DNA of 64,000 nt from Rhizodiscina lignyota. Taxonomy: Eukaryota. Shown here piece after piece: positions 1 to 11,360 of this stretch. Position 1 is the stretch's first letter, and every line of letters begins with the position of its first letter. The notes below the pieces were generated by a model, which did not search any database, was not told the DNA's origin, and saw nothing but the letters and a program-made list of their open reading frames with translations. The position numbers and the translations under genes were made by a program. The stretch is from the NCBI GenBank assembly GCA_010015805.1, contig ML978134.1:248001-312000 (forward strand), written 5' to 3'.

Positions 1-442
1 CGGCAAGCACAGCAACGACTTTCTTCTCGTTGAGTATGGCTTCGTATTGCCACAGAACAAGTGGGACACCATCAAATTGGACGACTATATCCTACCCAAA
101 TTGACAGCTTCCCAGAAAGATGTCCTGCAAGAATTTAGCTTATTTGGTGATTACACTCTTGACTCATCTCAGATCTGCTATCGCTCCCAAGCTACCCTCC
201 TTGGTCTTGTCCTTCCAAAGGCGAAATGGCGCCGGTTTCTCAATGGCGAGTATGATAGCGAACACGAGCAGCCAGCAATGGACAAGAAGTGCCTCACGAT
301 TCTCCTTCAATACCAAGACGATATTGGAAAGAATTTGCGCGCAATCGAACAACTACAGAAATGTCCGGAGAAAGATGCGCTAGCCGAGCGGTGGAAGCAA
401 ATCGAGACCATGGTCCACAACACCGTTCAGCGGTTGCGATAA
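1..442 (+). CDS. SET-domain lysine methyltransferase (Rkm2/Set11-like), 3' end only
   Basis: Frame open from position 2 reads GKHSNDFLLVEYGFVLP, matching the SET C-terminal (Y)GxHSNxxLLxEYGF motif; stop TAA at 440-442. Confidence 0.8.
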   Translation, partial: GKHSNDFLLVEYGFVLPQNKWDTIKLDDYILPKLTASQKDVLQEFSLFGDYTLDSSQICYRSQATLLGLVLPKAKWRRFLNGEYDSEHEQPAMDKKCLTILLQYQDDIGKNLRAIEQLQKCPEKDALAERWKQIETMVHNTVQRLR

Positions 443-733
443 CCGGACCTCCCGATAACGATCAAGTTCGTTAGCTGACCACGCCATTAAGCCAATCAAC
501 CAAAATGAGACGATTGCGACAAAGGCGCAGTATCGATGCTGAGCCGAGCCATTGTGAGCTTCGGGCACCTTACTCTACCCGTGCCACAGATACCCCGCGT
601 GTGTAAGGATTGTCTCCAGCCGCTATTCCGAGGAATGGCCACAACAACATTGAAAAGGAGTTGATTGAAGAAACAAAATTGTTCTTACCGGACGTTCTTG
701 CAGCTATAACCTTGAGACGTGAAACGGTGAAAA

Positions 734-2642
734 ATGGGCTCCATTCAGGATAGCGTGACAAATGGCCACTCGCAGCCTCCAGACAGCGAGGAAGGCGGCA
801 CGTATGGCTTCGACGCACCAAACGGCATTCCACCTGCGAGCGCGAGAGCCAATCCTGCCTACGTGGAACAGATTACGATACCGCTGAACAATGTTCCAGC
901 TTTCACGCCAAGGAGAAAGTTGCGTGTCGTTACTATCGGGGCTGGTTATAGCGGCCTTACCTTGGCTCATAGATTGCAACACATATACAACAAAGAGATG
1001 GACCAATTGATCGATCATGTCATATATGAAGCAAAAGACCAACCTGGTGTGAGTCAGGCACTCCCCCTCCACCCCGAGTCTTCACGGATCAGTTCCTGAC
1101 GATAATATCCAGGGTACTTGGGTAGCCAATACTTACCCTGGTGTACAATGTGATGTACCATCATGCATTTATGCTTTCCCGTTCGATCCGAATCCAAACT
1201 GGTCTCATTTCTATTCGGTGGGTTCTGAAATTCTCGAATACATACAAAAGACTGTCAAAAAATGGAATCTGGACAAGCATGTCGTATACAACACTCGCGT
1301 CACTGGTTGCTACTGGCAAGAAGACCGCTCTCAATGGAAACTCACGATTGAGCACGACGGTGAAACTCGCGAGGAATACAGCGACGTTGTCATATCTGCA
1401 CGAGGCTTTCTCAGCCATTGGCACTGGCCAAAGATCGATGGACTCGAGACATTCAAGGGCAAGCGTGTGCATTCCGCTGGCTGGGATCACGACTTTGATT
1501 ATTCGCACAAGCGGATTGCCGTTATTGGGAATGGCAGCTCGGGTATTCAAATCCTGCCACAAATGGCAAAGCTAGAAGGAACCGATGTGACGAGCTTTCA
1601 ACGAGGCCCCACGTGGGTGTTCAGCCGTATGACGCCAGCTCAACTTGTTGGCAGCGACGATCCGAGCTTCAATCCCGAGTACAGGCAACAGGACAAGGAA
1701 AAGTTTCAAGATCCGGAGGAGTTGAAGAAGTATCGTAAGGTAGTTCAAGGCGGTATTAATAGTGCATTTCATATGGTAAGTATTGAGCTCTCGTGGCCCT
1801 TGAACAAATCATTGACGAAGCCGCAGTTCGTGAAAGATTCTGAGCAAAACAAGTCCTCGACAGAATTTGCGATTAATCAAATGTCTGCCAAACTCAATCA
1901 CGACCCTGAGCTTTGTGAGAAGCTGATTCCCAAATGGGAACTTGGGTGTCGAAGAGTAACGCCAGGAGACGGCTATCTCGAATCATTCCTGCTTCCAAAC
2001 GTCCACCTTACAAATAGCTCCATAGTTAAAGTCGACGAGACCGGCATCGTTACAGAGGACGGTAAACACCACGACCTCGATGTTATTGTCTGCGCCACCG
2101 GCTTTGATATTTCGCACGTTCCTCCTTACCCCGTCGTCGGTCGCGGCGGCGTGACCCTGACCGAGAAGTGGAAGGACGAACCAGAGTCATATTTGAGTCT
2201 CGCATGTCCAGACATGCCTAACTACTTCCTCTTTACCGGCCCCAATGCTACCGTGGGCCATGGCAGTCTCATTCAGAGTCTTGTTTGGACCTCCGAGTGG
2301 GTAATCAAGTGGCTCCGAAAGATGGCGCGGGAAGACATCGCCAGCGTCGTGCCGAAGCAGGAGGTCGTGGACGAGTTTGTGCGATACGGCGACCAGATTC
2401 ACAAGACATTGACGTGGACTGGCGGATGTAGGAGTTGGTACAAGGCGAATCGGGTGGACGGCAGGGTGACAGCGACATTTGCAGGTAGCGCGATTCTGTT
2501 CCACACGCTATTGAGCGAGATTAGAGGAGAAGACTTCGATATCCGCTATAGAAGTCGGAATCGGTTTAGATTTCTGGGGAACGGTTTTACACCTTTTGAG
2601 TTGCAAGAGGGTGCGGATTTGGCTTTTTACGTTACCACTTAA
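734..2642 (+). CDS. Flavin-containing / Baeyer-Villiger-type monooxygenase
   Basis: GAGYSG and GNGSSG Rossmann motifs, GGTW after splicing, fingerprint FKGKRVHSAGWD, CATGF. Introns 1049-1112 and 1776-1826. Confidence 0.92.
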
Positions 2643-2994
2643 TAGTTGTTTGGAATGTTGCAGTCTCACTCATTCGTGCTTCGTTTGTATGTAGGCTCTG
2701 GGCACTTTAATATGCGCTGATCAATGCAAATATCAACTCAATATTAGAATGGAACGGCGGATGGTGTATGACACTAGTGGTATTTGTCGGCCTTCAATAC
2801 GCGTGGAAATGAAACCAGCGCAGAATTAACGCTCTTTTCCTTATGCTATAGACGTTTCGAATGGATAGTTTTTAAATATCCAAAATACGTATTGAAATCT
2901 ATACGACCCGCTACCAGCGCCGTTGCAATGCTGATGCCGTGTATACAACCCTAAAAATAAGGCCATTGCCGGAACTCCAACCAGCTAGTAAATG

Positions 2995-5451
2995 CTACCG
3001 TAACATGAATTGAAAGTCTGGAACGTTTTCCAGAAATAGCCTAACTAGATCATCATCTTCATCTTGCGTAGATTTCGTCGACTGCTGCAACGGGGCAGGG
3101 AGGGGTGAAAGTTTCGGTTGGTCAACAGCGGTGATAGGTGGAGCCGACGCGGCAAATGCATTCAGAGGCGTCGATTGAACACGGGTGTGCTTTGCCGGCA
3201 CACCGCCCGAGAGTTTTTCGAAGATGGACCATTCATCAGTGTTGTCATTATTCGGAGTTTGCTGGGAGACTACCGGAAAAGACAACGATTGTGTCTTTCC
3301 GTGGGACGGGGTGCTGTGGACAGGACTGGCCAGAGTGTCTAAGAATGAGAAATTCGTACTAGAAGTTTTGACCATTTCCCCTGCAATACTTGGGTCTGGC
3401 CCAGGAGGCATGGCAGTGATACTCTCGGATGCTCTTGTCGTCGCAGGTTCGAGGGATGGCGATGTAACAGTAGGTGAGGAGACCATCTCGCCCCAGTCGT
3501 CATCAAAGTCATCGTCATTTCCTGTCGCGTTCTCGACTGAAATACTTGCAGGTGTCTCTAAGCCCTGCATGGTTCCTGCTTTCAATTTATCTGGCTGAGG
3601 CTCTGGCGCACTGTTTCTTTCCGCCTCGGTCAAGTTGATACCTGCTGACGTTGACGTCGAGAGAACTTCCGCCTCGGGGGGGCTATGCGATAGCGAGCCC
3701 TCCCGTTCTCTGCTAGTGCTCGGCATTCTACTCTTCGCATTCTTGCTGGGATTTCCAAACGAGTGAATGCGTTTCTGCATCCTCTCGCGAATGGGCGGAA
3801 ACTTGGACGGAGCGGGGTTCAGGGCTGCATCGAGTGTGGCATCATCAGTGTGAGATGGTGGATATCCCTTAGGTACAAGTACAGGGGGATTCTCCAGAAC
3901 CTTAGAAAATTCGGGCTTCGCAGATTTAGGTTCTCCACTCGGAATATCTGCAGCCCCTGATTCGGTTGGAGGAGAGCTCCACCCAAACTGTACTGTAGGC
4001 GCCTTTGCTGCTGGCGTGCTGGACCGATTACCATCATCTTCAGCTATATTATTACGAACTTTGACATCTTTCGGCGATATCGTCTCCTTTGGGGGTAGAG
4101 CTGCAGGAGTTGGGTCCAGAGGCGAGGAACTCCAATTGAACTGTGCAAGAGGACTTGAAGCCGACGTGACAGTGTTGTGTCGTCTAGGTTGCTTCTCAAC
4201 AATGCTCGACTTCCTCGTCTGCAGCCTCGGCGAGTCCGATGCCCCTCGTTGATGCCACGGCGAAACCGGTTGCTGTGAGGTCGGCGACTCTGTCCATCCA
4301 AACATCGGTCCGGCCCTCGCGCCAAAGACTACCCGGCCGCGTGCTCTGTCTTCTGTAGCCCAACGTGTCATGATCTTGTTCATTTCCTTTTGAATTTCCG
4401 AGCCGCGAAATTGAATGCGGACATAACCCTCAGTGGCACCACTGTTGTACTCTCGCATAGTCTGCGAACGGGTGATGCGATACCAGGTTTTGCGAGATAA
4501 TGTGGTTGAGATGGTCTCTGGATCGGCTTCAAATGAGCTCTCAGCTGAAGCTGCGGTCTTGGAAGGGAAGATTTTGTTGACAAGACTCAAGTCAATGGAA
4601 ATTTTTGGACTCTGGCTTGAAGACTCAGGTTCAGCCGGTTGTGACTTGGCAGCCAATGGGGCTTCTTCCAACGCTTCTGAGGCTACAGGAGCATCTGAGG
4701 CTTTGGCTCCTGCGCCAGGTGTAGCCACGATGGTATCAGTTGATGCCTCTTCCTCTTCTGCAAAATCACCGAAATCATCGCTTTCATCTGTCGCAGTATC
4801 TAACTGCGTTACTGTATCCGTCTCAACGCCAATAGCCTGCTTATATTCTGCGCCAGGTTCTCGGACTTCGTCATCAAATGACGTCCTTGGAGACTCTTTG
4901 CCATGTTCAGTGTGATCCGAAGTCGAAGGAGGAGAGATGGACGCTCGAGTCGACGTGTCATCATCGGTCGCTGGCGTTTCGTGCTCATGGGGTTTCGATG
5001 TGTCCTTCGTAATCACTGCCGTGTCAGTGTCTGATGGTTCTGGCTCCGAAATGTCCGACCTCTGATTCTCTGGTACGTGGGCAAAATCATTCGCTTTTGT
5101 CTCAATGTCCCAGACATTGTTTTCCTCCTGCTGCGCTTCAGCCGAGCTACCCTTTTGCCAATCTGGACTGTGCAGGCCATCTGTGAGAATTTCCGGACTG
5201 TCGGCAGGTTCCAAGTGAGTGACAGGGCCATGTCCTTCCTCTCGCTCTGAAGCCCAACCACCCTCCTCTTTCTTCGTCTCTTCCGCATTCCTGTTCCCTT
5301 CTACCGACCCCGCAGTCTCTTGCGCTCCCCAACCCGCATCATCCTCAATGCCAAACAGCACGCCTGTTGTCCTCGGACCCGCGGCTACCGGCTGCTCATG
5401 GTTATGTTTCTTATTCTCGTCGTCGGCCCACGGATCGCCCCAGCCATCCAT
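2995..5451 (-). CDS. 818-aa acidic, disordered protein with adaptor-ear-binding motifs (aftiphilin-like candidate)
   Basis: Uninterrupted low-complexity ORF with DDFGDF, DDDWGEM and DEWSIF motifs, a central TWYRITRSQTMREYN block and a C-terminal LENVPDFQFMLR. Confidence 0.8.
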   Translation of the reverse strand: MDGWGDPWADDENKKHNHEQPVAAGPRTTGVLFGIEDDAGWGAQETAGSVEGNRNAEETKKEEGGWASEREEGHGPVTHLEPADSPEILTDGLHSPDWQKGSSAEAQQEENNVWDIETKANDFAHVPENQRSDISEPEPSDTDTAVITKDTSKPHEHETPATDDDTSTRASISPPSTSDHTEHGKESPRTSFDDEVREPGAEYKQAIGVETDTVTQLDTATDESDDFGDFAEEEEASTDTIVATPGAGAKASDAPVASEALEEAPLAAKSQPAEPESSSQSPKISIDLSLVNKIFPSKTAASAESSFEADPETISTTLSRKTWYRITRSQTMREYNSGATEGYVRIQFRGSEIQKEMNKIMTRWATEDRARGRVVFGARAGPMFGWTESPTSQQPVSPWHQRGASDSPRLQTRKSSIVEKQPRRHNTVTSASSPLAQFNWSSSPLDPTPAALPPKETISPKDVKVRNNIAEDDGNRSSTPAAKAPTVQFGWSSPPTESGAADIPSGEPKSAKPEFSKVLENPPVLVPKGYPPSHTDDATLDAALNPAPSKFPPIRERMQKRIHSFGNPSKNAKSRMPSTSREREGSLSHSPPEAEVLSTSTSAGINLTEAERNSAPEPQPDKLKAGTMQGLETPASISVENATGNDDDFDDDWGEMVSSPTVTSPSLEPATTRASESITAMPPGPDPSIAGEMVKTSSTNFSFLDTLASPVHSTPSHGKTQSLSFPVVSQQTPNNDNTDEWSIFEKLSGGVPAKHTRVQSTPLNAFAASAPPITAVDQPKLSPLPAPLQQSTKSTQDEDDDLVRLFLENVPDFQFMLR

Positions 5452-6056
5452 ACTTCGTCCATTGTGCTAGCCTGTCTGCATCGATGCTTCGTGCGACTCC
5501 GAGTTTTCGGTGGAATTCTATGAGGTGAGAAGGTGGCCGGTTTCGAGGTGCGGCTTCAGCCCTGCGACGTAATGTCACTGAAGCTTGCACGAGTCAGCAA
5601 GCAAAGCTCACAACTTCGGGCACTTTCACCGACCTTACCTTATCAAGATGAAAAATACCGATTGTTCAACACAGAAAAGGCAATTTCCTATGTCTATACA
5701 CAATTTCATCGTCAATGTATCCAAATTTCAAAGATCACGCGACTCTCGACTCCTCTCGACTCCAGCAAACCCGCTGCAACTTCGCTGAGATTCCTAAGAA
5801 CCGCCCGGATCTGCACCAATCGGCCCGGATCACGAGGGATGCATGCGCCACACTTTGGTGTAACCGGCGGGGAAGAGAACGATCCGAAGATGAGAGCAGA
5901 GACGAGGGCCACCGTCAAAAGCCGAGCTATCGGACTCATGGAGCTATTATTCATACAGTTTCTTTCTTTCTATACCCTCTTTGCTGCAATTGACGCTCTT
6001 TTGCATGCTTTGCGGCCTCCCTGAGTTGTACACTTCTGTCGAGAACGGAGGAGAAG

Positions 6057-7858
6057 ATGCCGCAACAATCACCTTTTCAGATTGACATTCCCGCAACAGA
6101 TATCTTCTCGTTTGCATTTCCTCCAGATGAACCTCTGTCCGATAAACCGCTATACTTGGATGCGGCCGACACGTCGAAGTCGTTATCGCCCAGGCAAGTA
6201 GTACAATGGGTCAAAAGATTGGGCTTGGGGCTCCAAAGAGTCGGGTTGAAAGAAGGGGACGTTGCGATGGTATTCAGTAGCAGCCACATTTTCATGCCTG
6301 TCATGTACCTTGGTCTTTCAGCAGCTGGATACATCTTCACGGGCTGCAATCCTGCGTATGGTGTTGAAGGTACCATAAATGACATCCTGTCTCCCAACGA
6401 GCAGCCCGGACTGACTAGAATCAGAGGTTGTCTACCAAATCCAAAATACCAACTGCGCTGCAATCTTCGTCGAACCTGCCCTTCTTTCAGCCACCCTCGG
6501 CGCTGCCGCAAAACTGTCTTTCCCACATTCGCGCATTTTCCTCTTCTCCGACACCGAATGCAAGCCTATCCAAGGCCTTCGTGATTGGCGATCCATCCTC
6601 CCATCAGAACAAGAAGCATCATCGTGGCAATGGCGGCGTCTATCTGGCTCCCAGTCCGCCAATACAGTTGCCTGCCTCAATTACTCATCCGGGACGACAG
6701 GTCTGCCAAAGGGCGTCATGATATCTCACCAGAACGTTATTGCCAATGTCACGCAGTCTCTGTACATGCGACAACTCTCTAATCCACCCTATCCCCGTAA
6801 CATTACCCAATGGCACACCGTCGATGAGCGATGGCTTGGCTTCTTGCCCCTTTACCACGCCTACGGCCAGCTTTGGAGTATCGTCGCCGCCGCACGCACT
6901 CTGACCCAGACCTTTTTCATGCGCTCTTTCAACTTCGAAGTCTTCCTCCGCAACATCCAGAACCACCGAATCACACATATCCAAACTGCGCCGCCCGTGC
7001 TCGTGATGTTGGCGAAGAGGCCCGAGACCGCCAAGTATGACCTCAGTTCCATGAGGAATATATTGTGCGGCGCGGCGCCGCTGAGCAAGGAGCTGCAGAA
7101 CGAAGTCTCGGACAAGTACAACCTGAGCGTCGTACAGACGTGGGGCATGACAGAGCTGACGTGCTCGTCATGTCACGTTCCGGGTCTCTTGGACGACCGG
7201 AGCGGCAGTGTGGGCTTTGCGGATCCCAATGCTAGCATCAAGCTTGTGTCCGACGAGGGACAGGAAGTCACCAAGGCAGGCGAGCGGGGCGAGATTTTAG
7301 TCAAGGCGCCGAATGTCTGTCTTGGGTATTGGAAGAATGAACAGGCTACGAAAGATACGTTCGATGAGGATGGCTATTTGAGGACTGGTGACGTTGGCGT
7401 GAGAGACGAGAGTGGGTGGTATTGGATTGTGGATCGCAAAAAGGAGTTGATCAAAGTGAAGGGCTTTCAGGTGCCGCCGGCGGAACTGGAAGCTGCGCTG
7501 CTGGGCCATGAAGCAGTGGCCGATGCGGCGGTTTGCGCGGTGCATCTGTAAGTGCATTTTCTTCGTTTCGTCTCCTTCAATGTCGTACTTGAGAGTCGGT
7601 TCCATGGCTAACGTCTTGAATAGCGACCACGAAGAGCTTCCTCGTGCATACTGCTCGATCAAGGCGGAGCACAAAGGTAAAGTAACACCCAAGGAGATCC
7701 AGAAATGGATCGCAGAACGCGTGGCGAGGCATAAGCAATTGACCGGTGGCGTAATATTCATTGACGAGGTGCCGAAGAGCCCAAGTGGGAAGATTCAGCG
7801 GAAGATATTGCGCGAGTGGGCAGCAAAGGATGCGATGAAGCTCCAAGCACGGCTGTAG
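6057..7858 (+). CDS. 4-coumarate-CoA-ligase-like acyl-CoA synthetase, peroxisomal (PTS1 -ARL)
   Basis: AMP-binding YSSGTTGLPKG, WGMTE, RTGD, DRKKELIK and PKSPSGKI motifs; introns 6370-6424 and 7548-7623; C-terminus ARL. Confidence 0.93.
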
Positions 7859-8009
7859 TGTTATATGGAAAAGAGACTATAGAGGAATTGGCGCCTTAGA
7901 TGGTCGTCTCAAGATCGAGTTCTGTCAAGATACAGCAGAGAATCAAATGATATGGACATGCACGCTGTGCATGATGCAGATGCTAGTATAGACAGATATG
8001 ACACAATTC

Positions 8010-9008
8010 TCACCTTGCAAGCTCTTCTGGCCTCGTCCCCTCTTCGTCCGCAAACTCTCCATTTAATGTGAAGCCTGGTCCATGTGTAGAACTCAGCACC
8101 ACCTCATGGACGTCTTTGACAATCCGATCACTCAATGTATTCAAATCGCCCCGGACCTTGTCCATGAACGCTTTGATGTTGGCCTTCAACTGCTCCGGCG
8201 TCGCCGCCAGCGTCGCAATCGCCAGCCGCACCACGCCCTCCTTCTCCCTGTACTCGCTCGCGCCCACCATATCGCGCACAGCAGCACTGACATCACGCAC
8301 CACTGTTCCTGTCTTCGCAGACGGCATCAGACCTCGGGGTCCCAACGCTCGTGCGATACCAGCCTTTGCGAGTTTTGGCAGACTGGTATCGAGACATAGA
8401 CACCTGTCGAATTCTATCCGTCCTTCCTTAACCGCATCGAATATAGCGTCCTCGCCCACCAGCGATGCGCCGGCTGCTCGAGCGGCGTCAGCTTGCGGCG
8501 AGTCGGGTGGGCAGATGACGCAGATGCGCATGTCCGTCTTCACAGGGTGTGGGAGGTTCAGACGGCTGCGGACGAGAGGGCCGTTCTTGAGTGTGCGGAG
8601 TTTCATTGCGATTTCATATTTTGGTGAGTTGGAGGGATAGCCGACTTCGAAGGCGCGGATGTATCTATTGCATTGTCAGATATGGTTCAATTTGCTTGTT
8701 GAGAGGCGGAGATGGAAAGCAAGAGCGGTTCAATGGTGTGAAAGTGAAAAGGAAATGATATACCGCATGGCCTCGACAAGGGAGTACTTGTCTGCATTTT
8801 TCAAGTCTTCCGTCTTGAAATGTTTGCGCTCTTTCTTCTTTTTCGTGGGAGCATTGGCGTCACCGCGCCGATACTTTGCTGTAGTTGCGGCGGACGCGTA
8901 GCGGCTTTGGCAGGCGAGGCAGATTCGCGATAGAGCGTCTGGCTTGTTCCTGGATTGAGAAAGGAGTGAATGGCCCCATTGAGCTAGTGGAGTGCGAGCT
9001 GCTGCCAT
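8010..9008 (-). CDS. MRPL1: Mitochondrial large-subunit ribosomal protein uL1m
   Basis: LGPRGLMPSAKTGTV and VVLSSTHGPG L1 motifs; basic N-terminal targeting sequence; intron 8665-8763. The 3' end could instead continue through a further intron (GTGAG overlaps the stop). Confidence 0.9.
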
Positions 9009-9267
9009 GGTAAGTGTATGATGATGGTGGAAGTGCTCGCAAAAGTTTCATGGAGGTTGCAATGAGCTCGCGAGGCTTGGCATTTCATCCCATAGCGAAT
9101 AGAAAATGCTATGCTAAAAGCAGTTAGCATATGCAAGGTAGTGCGTACTCCATACAAGGGTCGCAGACGACAACTTCTTCACCGCGGTACAAGGACGAAA
9201 CACTGGCTCGAAACGCAGTCGTCAATGTATATGGCATATTAGACAGTCTATGCAGTGTATGTCAATG

Positions 9268-9733
9268 GAGGCAAGACTAGAGTATCTCTGGAAGCTCAAT
9301 CCTACGTTCTTTACAGTGTTGATAGGCAGAGCGAGACTATTACTGAAGATTTGGTTTTACGTTCTTTGTAGCATTCATCGGGGGGTGAGATTATCTTTGA
9401 AAGCTTAGTTCTATGTTCTTTGCAGTGTTGGTCAAGGAAGTGGGACTATCTCTGAAAGTTCAGTTGTCTATTCTTTGATGTGTTCATCAACGGAGCAAGG
9501 CTATCGCTAAAGGTTTGGTTCTACGTCCTTTATATGCTCATGGAAGGAGCGAGACTATCTCTAAAGGTTAAGTTTTACGCTCTTTATAGTTTAATTCGAG
9601 GAGGTGAGACTATCTCTAAAAGTTTAATCCTACATTCATTATAGTGTATATCGAGGCAGCGAGACTATCTTTAGAGGTTTCTTCCTCCATTATTTACAGT
9701 ATTCATCAGGGAGGTTAGGCTATCTCTGAAAGC
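9268..9733. repeat. Tandem array of nine degenerate 54-55-bp units
   Basis: Core TAT(C) recurs at about 9283, 9338, 9392, 9447, 9502, 9556, 9611, 9666 and 9721; approximate consensus GCGAGACTATCTCTGAAAGTTTAGTTCTACGTTCTTTACAGTGTTCATCGAGGGA. Confidence 0.92.
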
Positions 9734-9737
9734 ACTG

Positions 9738-11200
9738 TTAGATCGGATAGAGAGTTACGCGCTCATAAGGGATCCGACGGTGTGAACCCGAACGACGGGG
9801 GCTACGCGAACGGCGTGCCGATGTTCGGTTTTGAATCTCGGAGAGTCGTCGGACGGTGTCATCGAGCAGATCTTCGACGCGATCGTCCGGATGACGAGGG
9901 TCGCGCGAGCGGCGTGGGCCTTGCGGCCGGGCGCGAATCTCGGAGAGTTGTCGAACGGCTCGAGCAAGTGCGGCGTCAACGCGATCGTCAACTATCTGCT
10001 CAACTTCGTATAGCGTGACGAGTTGTTGCGTATCCCACAGTTCTATATATTCTTTAGAGCATCCAAAACTGTGACACGCTGTAATAGATACCTTTGCGTT
10101 CAGACAATTCTGGTTGTACAACATGTGATTCTTTTAGATCTGAGTTTAAGATCTTTGTTTGGACAGGTGTTGAGAATGTATCGGGATTGTGGTTCAACGC
10201 GTGCTCGTGACACCGCTCGATGAGCCCGGCGAGACGAGAATCCCGTGTGCTCATATTTGAAAGGGCGCGAGTTCGCGAATGAGCTTCATCGGAGATGTAA
10301 TTGGGTTCGTCTTCAACAACCAATAAAGCTCGAAAGTAAACATTACGAGCGTGCTCGTTCTGATTTCCGTTCCGTAGCAACACAAGTCCCTCGAAGAAAG
10401 CCTTGATGAAACCGTCATGGCCGGGGCAAGCTTTTGAAGCAGCGCTCACACAAAGGAAATAAAATCCGCGCGTATCGGAGATCTGATCGATATCTAAATG
10501 CACGAATGTATCCCATTCAGGAATTCTTCAGTCCGCCTGAAATAGATCGGGAGGCTCTGTGCGTTCGGGGGGAATGATCTCCACCTTCATGAAAGACCCG
10601 CGAAGGTCGAGGAATCCGCCACAGATCTGCCCAGTTCGATCCGGCGAGGCTGAGAAACGGAAGTTGAGACGGTATAAAGCCTATGATTCCGCGTTGCAGC
10701 GAGATACTCGGATAGAAGTGAAACGCATCGGGCCCAAAAATCTTCAAGCGATACGCCAAAGACCCGGTAAACTACGGAAAGACGAGTCTGAGAGTGTACG
10801 GCATCAGAGTCCCATGGGACAACAATTGCCTGGTGCAAGTTGGGGAGGTTATATTGATGAGGCTGTCCAATATTGATAGTGCACGCGAGCAAAATTCTCT
10901 GAGCATGTTACAGAAAGGTGAAATCATATCAATAAGTTCCCACGAGGCTGAGTTGCAGCTGGACAGGTTGGGGGCTGTCGACGGATTCACAGCTTGTGAA
11001 TTCCGTATGATAAATAATACCTTCGCGCCCCATGTTAGCTTGAAAGCGTCCATTGTGCTGTACATGTGCGGAGGATTGTTGTCAGCATGATGCACTGCGA
11101 AGATCCTCAGTGCGACTGCTCTAGCCAGATTTGGCCTCCGGGCGTCTCGTGCGGCCGCCAGCTGAAGATCTCCTTAATCCCATGAATACGCCACAAGTGT
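9738..11200 (-). pseudogene. Fragmented ORFs of unknown family; terminal ORF 9738-10124 has a 34-aa internal duplication
   Basis: Protein-like stretches in shifting frames broken by stops (GVSLEDFWARCVSLLSEY; GFLDLRG...AD*RIPEW...FEGLVLLR); duplication DDRVDAALARAVRQLSEIR / DDRVEDLLDDTVRRLSEIQ. Confidence 0.4.
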
Positions 11201-11360
11201 CGCTGTTCATTTCTCCACAGTGTGCATATCTGAAGTAATTTCAGGCGCCAGAGTCGAAGCTGCGATCTGATCATACTGTCATTACCATTTCTTTCTCGTC
11301 GCGACAAGACAAGAGTGTATCGTGCGGCGCTCGGGGGTTTATTACCCAACTGAGCTCGCC

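Noticed and set aside
1776..1826. Stop-free introns of 3n length (also 11832-11900 and 44281-44337) as regulated retention
   Set aside because: Expected by chance among many short introns; no transcript evidence.
734..7858. Monooxygenase plus acyl-CoA ligase as a secondary-metabolite cluster
   Set aside because: No PKS, NRPS or terpene backbone gene, and they are interspersed with housekeeping genes.
9268..9733. CRISPR-like look (conserved core plus variable ~35 bp)
   Set aside because: The variable parts are homologous to one another rather than unique spacers, no cas genes are present, and the host is a fungus.
9268..9733. Array as an 18-aa coding repeat (LSEIVSL...) on the minus strand
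   Set aside because: Most units are 55 bp, so the frame shifts at nearly every unit, and no long ORF is listed.
10772..10774. In-frame TAG between two ORFs as a readthrough or A-to-I editing site
   Set aside because: Alternative frames look equally protein-like and have other stops, so general decay is the simpler explanation.
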